Positions 59,501-64,000 of a DNA stretch of 64,000 nt are shown piece by piece. Position 1 is the first letter of the stretch, and the number at the start of each line of letters is the position of its first letter. The notes beneath the pieces are model-generated. The model searched no databases and was not told where the DNA came from. It saw nothing but the letters and a program-made list of their open reading frames with translations. The DNA is from Cyanobacteria bacterium J06623_4 (GTDB lineage Bacteria > Cyanobacteriota > Cyanobacteriia > Phormidesmidales > Phormidesmidaceae): the NCBI GenBank assembly GCA_038524545.1, contig JBCBIK010000001.1:39001-103000 (forward strand), read 5' to 3'. Position numbers and translations under genes: made by a program.

Positions 59501-61956
59501 AGATAGGCACATTCTATAGATTCAATGTATATCGCCAGCGTAGTATCATACTGGGCGTGCCAACTGTCTGTGGCGAGGAGTTTCATCGCATTTTTTAAGT
59601 AGCCTAACGCGGCACCATAGGCCGTTGAAGATTTAGCCTTGTTTGCAGCCTTCAGATTGAGCCTTGTCAGCTCATCTCGTTCAGACGGGTTAGTCACTAA
59701 ACTAATCCCACAGTTTAGGTGACTTACCAAATCAAAAACGCTTATCTGCTTTGCTGTAGAAGAGGCTGCCTGGAGTAAAAGCTGACCGATATGGTAGTGG
59801 GTTGTGTATTTTTGTTCATCGGGAATTAAAGAATAAGCGGCTTGTTGCACGCGATCATGAATAAATCGGTAGTGGACTGTAACTTCGTGAGTCGCTTCAG
59901 CGTGCTCTTCATTAGGCTGAAAAAACTTATAGGCTTCATTCTCTGGAACAATCAGGCCAGACTGTAGCGATGGCCATAAATTTGTCGCCATCCTATCGCT
60001 GGAGCACCCACACACAATGGATAAGGTCTCTAAATCAAACCGATTGCCGATGCAAGCTGCCATTTTCAAAGCATCTTGAGTCTCTACAGGGAATTTCTGC
60101 AAGCGTTCAACCATGAATCCAACGACATCACTCGTCAGGGCTAACTGTTGAACTGAGCTGAGATCGCATTGCCAATATCTGGATGCTTGGTTAAAGGTAA
60201 TCCAGCTATTCTCATAGAGTTCCTGCAAAAATTGCACGGCAAAGAAGGGATTTCCTTGAGTTTTTTGGTACACCAGCTGTGAAAGCGGTGTCGCTAACTT
60301 TACTGAACAGAGCAGAGTTTCGGAGACTAACTGAGTGATATCAGTTTGGGTTAGGGGATGTAGAGATAATGTTGATAGTTTGTTCTCTGTCTTGTCAATT
60401 TCCTTGATGGTCAATGAGAGGGGATGGCCAGGAAATATCTCGTTATCGCGATAAGCACCCAGCAACAGTAGATGATTAGACTCAGGTGCAGATACCAACA
60501 GTGTTAGCAGGTTTAAAGACGCAGCATCTGCCCATTGCAAGTCATCTAAAAAGAGCACCAGTGGATGGTCTGGGCTGGTAAAGACGCCTATAAATTTTTG
60601 AAATAGTGAGTTGAAGCGATTTTGAGCAGCCTGCCCAGAAAATTCGGGGACGGCTGGCTGAGGGCCGATAATGCCTTCCAATTCTGGAATCACCTCAATA
60701 ATAACCTGGCCATTGTCACCCAGCGCTGCCAGTATTTTCTCTCTCCAGATAGCAAGCGCGGCATCAGATTCTCCGAATAACTGCCCGATTAGTCTGCGAA
60801 AGGCTTGAACAAACGCGGAGAAGGGAATGTCTCGATTAAACTGGTCAAACTTGCCCTTAATGAAATATCCTCGCTGCTTAACAATGGGCTTGTGCACCTC
60901 ATTGACGACAGCGGTTTTACCAACCCCAGAGAACCCTGCTACCAGCAATAGTTCTGAGGCACCATTTGCCACGCGGTCAAACGCGTTCAACAGCTGCTGA
61001 ACTTCTCTTTCTCGACCGTAGAGCTTTTCAGGGATGAGGAAGCGATCGCACACATCCTGCTGACCCAGATCAAATGCTTCTATGTGTCCGGTTTCTTTGA
61101 TCTGGTGCAAACACTGAGACAAATCATGCTTGAGACCAATCGCACTCTGATAGCGATCTTCCGCATTTTTGGCCATCAGCTTCAGCACGATTTGAGAGAG
61201 CGTAGAACTGATTTCAGGATTACGCACACACAGCGGCTCTGGGATTTGAGCCATATGCGCATGAACGAGGGCCATCGGGTCATCGAAGACAAACGGCAGC
61301 TCTCCGGTCAGTAGCTCATACAGGGTAATGCCCAAGCTATAGAAATCAGCTCGGTAGTCGATGCCGCGATTCATTCGACCCGTTTGCTCAGGGGCGAGAT
61401 AGGCCAGCGTGCCTTCTAGCTGATTGAGGGTACGAAGCGTCTGAGTTTGCTTTGGTAGCAGGCTAGCAATTGAAAAGTCAATCAGCTGTACTCGTTTGGA
61501 GTCAGACTGGATGATGATGTTGTCTGGCTTGATGTCTTTGTGAATGACTGAATGTTGGCTGAGGTTGCGCAGAATATCAGTGAGTTGCAAGGCAATGCCC
61601 AACACATCTATCACAGGCATGCTGTCCTTAGCGTAGTGCGCTCTGGCATATTGCCGTAGAGAAAGGCCACCAAAATCTTCTATAACCAGAACGTAGCCAT
61701 TTTGCCAGGGGTCAAGCGCAATCGGCCTAGCGACACCAGGAATGTTGAGATTTTGAGCGATCGCATATTGATTGCGAAAGCAGACCAGGTCATCCACGCT
61801 GGGGAAGGTCTGCGACAGTACCTTGAGGATAACTGAGCGCTGTGATGCGGTTTCTATGCCCCGGTAAACGGTTGTATGAGCGCCTGTATACAGCCTTTCT
61901 GAGATTACATATCCAGAAATATTAGGAAAGGTTGTCGGTTTAGTCGGCTGTGTCAT
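56527..61956 (-). CDS. Giant dual sensor kinase (HstK-type): Ser/Thr kinase + AAA/STAND-like ATPase + TPR-like helical region + GAF + HisKA + HATPase_c
   Basis: HKDIKPDNIII, DFSIAS and LAYLAPEQ. P-loop GFSGVGKT, Walker B LFLDDLQWAD. GAF segment, H-box AHEINNP, G-box [10 protein letters not shown]. The ATG at 61956 (MTQPTKP) is preferred over the track start 62034. Confidence 0.9.
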   Translation of the reverse strand: MTQPTKPTTFPNISGYVISERLYTGAHTTVYRGIETASQRSVILKVLSQTFPSVDDLVCFRNQYAIAQNLNIPGVARPIALDPWQNGYVLVIEDFGGLSLRQYARAHYAKDSMPVIDVLGIALQLTDILRNLSQHSVIHKDIKPDNIIIQSDSKRVQLIDFSIASLLPKQTQTLRTLNQLEGTLAYLAPEQTGRMNRGIDYRADFYSLGITLYELLTGELPFVFDDPMALVHAHMAQIPEPLCVRNPEISSTLSQIVLKLMAKNAEDRYQSAIGLKHDLSQCLHQIKETGHIEAFDLGQQDVCDRFLIPEKLYGREREVQQLLNAFDRVANGASELLLVAGFSGVGKTAVVNEVHKPIVKQRGYFIKGKFDQFNRDIPFSAFVQAFRRLIGQLFGESDAALAIWREKILAALGDNGQVIIEVIPELEGIIGPQPAVPEFSGQAAQNRFNSLFQKFIGVFTSPDHPLVLFLDDLQWADAASLNLLTLLVSAPESNHLLLLGAYRDNEIFPGHPLSLTIKEIDKTENKLSTLSLHPLTQTDITQLVSETLLCSVKLATPLSQLVYQKTQGNPFFAVQFLQELYENSWITFNQASRYWQCDLSSVQQLALTSDVVGFMVERLQKFPVETQDALKMAACIGNRFDLETLSIVCGCSSDRMATNLWPSLQSGLIVPENEAYKFFQPNEEHAEATHEVTVHYRFIHDRVQQAAYSLIPDEQKYTTHYHIGQLLLQAASSTAKQISVFDLVSHLNCGISLVTNPSERDELTRLNLKAANKAKSSTAYGAALGYLKNAMKLLATDSWHAQYDTTLAIYIESIECAYLNGEFQLAEDYTEAALNQDIQLLDAVKIHELRIHQKIAEQKAEAALEISLEILEKLGLSEEKIIQYGQQEIALPQIEDLAHGHRITDPSQLATIRLLLSATSAATIARPQLLLPIVSTQVQLSLEAGYCEFSAFAYGWYGSLLCGYLGEIDKGYQAGQIALRLLEIFETKTLACQIMTMVYQFIVPWKKHLRTTLEPSAKAFQIGLENGDLLYASYSASNYCSNSFLVGLNLDSLLDTQRSYIDALARKKIDYTIHLMNIWKQLNLNLQGLSEDVLQLVGEAADERYLFSELPKQGDTWGLLKLHIAKELLLYLWGDYEGAILQAREAEQYIPAVGGWVPISLQNFYKSLSLIALSSDVEESTQQTYLAAAEANQQKMLSWAEAAPMNFRHKYDLVAAEKCRVLGENANAIDYYDRAIAGAKENQYLPEEALANELAAKFYLDWGKEKVAAGYMQDAYYCYSHWGAKAKVADLETRYPELLRPILQPTVASSSNMLTTLMTIATPASIHTGSCHSSSSTSFNQAFDFASILKASQALSSTIELDELLCQLTQIILQNSGGDRCALLLPNESGDWQVRAVAERSQEKSRTPVKTKLCKEALIEHVNLPIKLIQYVKNTQETVIINNLESDLPVIDDYLRQNRPSSLLCLPILSHSKLIGVLYLKNQLASEIFTTERVLILNFLCTQAAISLENARLYQQAQGYAKQLEQSQLQLVQSEKMSALGNLVAGVAHEINNPVGFLKGNIKPAQAYISDLLGLIDLFLETTPQLSEEIEEELETIDLEFIRKDLPDLLNSMNLGADRIKNISTSLRTFSRADKEHKTEFNLHEGLNSTILILKHRLKANEQRPAIEVVKAYGNLPRIHCFPGQLNQVFMNILANAIDVFDEAAQQTTFAELKNNPQRITISTVETTVASKKTIEIRIADNGKGMPEDISAKIFEHLFTTKGVGQGTGLGLAIARQIVTEKHGGSLLVQSELGQGTEFCIQLPSKRER

Positions 61957-62062
61957 AACAAGAAACGTCCACACGTAGATCAGCCTTAAGATGCCCGTAT
62001 AGATTTTTGAAACTAGCGTAAGCGTGGAACACACTTCGCTCTAGAGTGTCACCTCCTTTTGA

Positions 62063-62472
62063 AGCAGCCCGAATTGAGCACACTGGTACACGGTATCACG
62101 CAAGCTCAATCAGGTATTTATGAATATTTTAGCCAACGCCACTGACGTCTTCGACGAAATGGCTCAGGCGTCATCTTTTGCAGAACTCTCTAAGCATCCT
62201 CAACAGATTACGATTCGTACTCATCTTGTCGATGAAAACAACGTGGAAATTTGCATTAAGGATAATGGGAAAGGAATGGAAGATGCTGTAAAAGCTCAGA
62301 TATTCGAGCATTTATTGCCACAAAGGAAGTCGGCAAGGGCACGGGGCTAGGGTTAGCCATCTCTCGCCAGATTGTTGTAGATAAGCATCAAGGCAGTCTG
62401 TCAGTTTCTTCTGAAGTGGGTCAGGGCAGTGAATTTTGTATTGGGCTTTCCATTCAGCCTGATTTGCCCTGA
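62063..62472 (+). pseudogene. Truncated, frameshifted histidine-kinase HATPase_c remnant
   Basis: Only the catalytic domain is present, and the frame opens right after a TGA at 62060. LNQVFMNILANATDVFDE...IKDNGKGM...IFEHL reads on as [20 protein letters not shown]...GQGSEFCI only after a -1 shift near 62322. It is paralogous to the C-terminus of the adjacent giant kinase. Confidence 0.75.
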
Positions 62473-62515
62473 TGGGTAGCTTCAGATATCGCTCAGGGTG
62501 GGATCAAAAGGCTAG

Positions 62516-63436
62516 CTAGTCTGAGGTTTTTAAACGCGCGAGTTCGCTGAGGGAAAGTCCAGTGATTTCGCTAATGGTTTCGGGGGGTAGTTGGCCGAGG
62601 AGCGATCGCGCAATCTCCTCTGACCGTTCTGCTTTGCCCTGCTCAATGCCCTGCTCAATGCCTTGCTCAATGCCTTGCTCCAGTCCTTTCTTGAGGCCGC
62701 TGGCTTCTCCTTCTTGAAAAGACGTATCGATCACATTGTTCATGTCTCGGTAGTACTTCAGACTTTGCTGGTAGCCGTCCTGTTCACTGCGGGAGAAGTT
62801 GGCCAGCTCTGCTACTTCAAACAGCTGTAAAAAGACGGGGTCTTGAAACGGGCGCGGCTGGTCTTTGATATCTGGCAAGTGCCGAAATAGATATAGCCAT
62901 TTGTCCTGTTGGGTTTCGAGCTGTTCGAGAGTTTTGGTGAATTTGGGCAATTCGATGTAGATAAACTTGAGCTTGTCGTAGAACACTTCGCAGTGCTGGT
63001 CTTTGAGTTCGACGGTGTGAATGATGGTGTCGTCGTTTTTATGATCGTCAAAGACAAAGTCGAGGACGCCGATAGAGTAGACAGGGCTTAGCTTAAAGTT
63101 CCATTTGCCCTGCTGGGCCTGCTCTTGAATTGGAAAGCTGGCATAGAAAACGCTTCTATCTTTAAAGAAATTCTGTTTCGCTTTTTGAAGCTCTACGATA
63201 AAGCGATCGCCATTCGCGCCTTGACAGTAGATATCGAATATAGCTTTACGATCTACGGGCGTGTTGCCAAGGTTCTCGGTGCTTTTGTAGGAAAGTGATT
63301 CGATTTGGTGATGGTCGGGCAGCAGCGTATTGAGAAAATCGATTAAGAGCTGCTTGTTCGGCTCCGTGCCGAAGACCCGCTTGAACCCGAAGTCGGTCAG
63401 CAGATTGACGTATTGCTCTTGCAGGTAAAGGGGCAT
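62516..63436 (-). CDS. Rpn family recombination-promoting nuclease / putative transposase (PD-(D/E)XK)
   Basis: YVNLLTDFGFKRVFG...DRKAIFDIYCQGANGDRFIVELQKAKQ...VYSIGVLDF matches the PDDEXK_2/Rpn family pattern. Confidence 0.85.
   Translation of the reverse strand: MPLYLQEQYVNLLTDFGFKRVFGTEPNKQLLIDFLNTLLPDHHQIESLSYKSTENLGNTPVDRKAIFDIYCQGANGDRFIVELQKAKQNFFKDRSVFYASFPIQEQAQQGKWNFKLSPVYSIGVLDFVFDDHKNDDTIIHTVELKDQHCEVFYDKLKFIYIELPKFTKTLEQLETQQDKWLYLFRHLPDIKDQPRPFQDPVFLQLFEVAELANFSRSEQDGYQQSLKYYRDMNNVIDTSFQEGEASGLKKGLEQGIEQGIEQGIEQGKAERSEEIARSLLGQLPPETISEITGLSLSELARLKTSD
62635..62682. repeat. Four tandem 12-bp units (TGCC[CT]TGCTC[AC]A) inside the Rpn-like gene
   Basis: Read directly. Encodes (EQGI)n near the C-terminus. 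Confidence 0.8.
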
Positions 63437-63557
63437 GGCTAAGCCTGGATCGATGGCTGCTTCTATTATAGAAATAACCGGCAGCTCTCAGCACGATAAA
63501 GATCTCCTCGCCAGATCGTGCATAATGTTGACCACATCACATTTTTTTCACAGGGCT

Positions 63558-64000
63558 TTATATTTCTTCTGCCATCATGCGAGAGACTATGCCATCAATC
63601 ATGCGATCGCCCGCCAAAGGCACAATCTCTTCTCCATGCAGCACATACTGAATCAGCAAATAGTGAACTAAAGCCCCCACAAAGATCCGAGCCGTTACCA
63701 TCGGGTCTTTCACCTGTACGTTTGGATGAAACTTCAGGTAGGCAGAAATCTGATCGAACATAGGTTTTTCTATTTCACGCACAAATGTTTTGGCCAACTC
63801 AGGAAAGCGACCAGACTCACCTATGATCAGGCGCATCAAAAGCAAAAGCCGCTGATTGCTAGCAAACTCAGTGACAACTGTACGAGCAATTTGGCGAAAA
63901 ACATCTTCTGGAAAAGCGTGCGGATCGTGGCCAATCGTCAGGCTATCAAGCGGATGCCTCGCCCTAGCCAATATCTGTTCTATCAAAGCGGTAAACAGCC
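63558..64000 (-). CDS. Probable TetR/AcrR-family regulator, C-terminal ligand-binding part; N-terminus beyond the window
   Basis: The frame stays open to position 64000 (..LFTALIEQILARARHPL..). The all-helical sequence resembles a TetR_C domain, but the HTH is not visible, so the call is tentative. Confidence 0.45.
   Translation of the reverse strand, partial: LFTALIEQILARARHPLDSLTIGHDPHAFPEDVFRQIARTVVTEFASNQRLLLLMRLIIGESGRFPELAKTFVREIEKPMFDQISAYLKFHPNVQVKDPMVTARIFVGALVHYLLIQYVLHGEEIVPLAGDRMIDGIVSRMMAEEI

Noticed and set aside
56527-62034. The lower G+C of the giant kinase gene (also 43-48.9 kb and the 5' half of the STAND gene) as evidence of recent horizontal transfer.
   Set aside because: HIP1 octamers (for example 56633-56640, and others inside the gene) are present at what looks like host density. 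This argues for long residence. Only spot counts were made, not a real window analysis.
62120-62350. A 76-aa ORF treated as an intact small gene.
   Set aside because: It is the front part of a HATPase_c domain whose G-box continues in the -1 frame. It is better explained as a truncated, frameshifted pseudogene (62063-62472).
1-64000. A search for CRISPR arrays, rRNA, tmRNA, RNase P RNA, SRP RNA or IS elements with terminal inverted repeats.
   Set aside because: I could find no regularly spaced direct repeats with unique spacers, no conserved RNA signature strings, and no inverted repeats flanking the Rpn-like gene. A covariance-model scan is needed to exclude small RNAs.

Overview
All calls rest on manual reading of the supplied ORF translations, recognised motifs and hand-located DNA repeats; no database or HMM search was run.

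The window looks like a cyanobacterial chromosome segment. The HIP1 octamer GCGATCGC recurs throughout, and ycf3, PEP-CTERM, an orthocaspase and an HstK-type dual kinase are present. A filamentous Leptolyngbya-like source is only a guess.

About 50 genes are supported, and most are housekeeping:
- Biosynthesis and translation: aroA, gatC, bioB, argG, map, clpS
- Nitrogen metabolism: gltB-gltD, which looks like an NADH-type GOGAT
- Stress and other: bcp, Hsp20, ycf3, phosphohexomutase

I found no rRNA, tRNA, CRISPR array or intact IS element.

Accessory and signalling content sits in three places:
- **8.0-12.7 kb:** a 1444-aa HTH / NB-ARC / pentapeptide / 14xWD40 STAND protein. A dense CTCAC/GTGAG motif array lies just upstream of it.
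- **43.1-48.5 kb:** a histidine kinase, a REC-TPR response regulator, and a Trk-type K+ uptake operon with a split RCK subunit pair.
- **48.9-63.4 kb:** an EACC1-like small gene plus an orthocaspase-FGE-sulfatase fusion. It is followed by a convergent PEP-CTERM gene, a nonapeptide-repeat gene, a membrane Ser/Thr kinase, a giant dual kinase, a truncated kinase pseudogene and an Rpn/PD-(D/E)XK nuclease.

My best candidate for an uncharacterised system is the EACC1-like / orthocaspase-FGE module at 48.9-51.5 kb, possibly extended by the adjacent kinase and repeat-protein genes. This is a hypothesis to test, not an established function.
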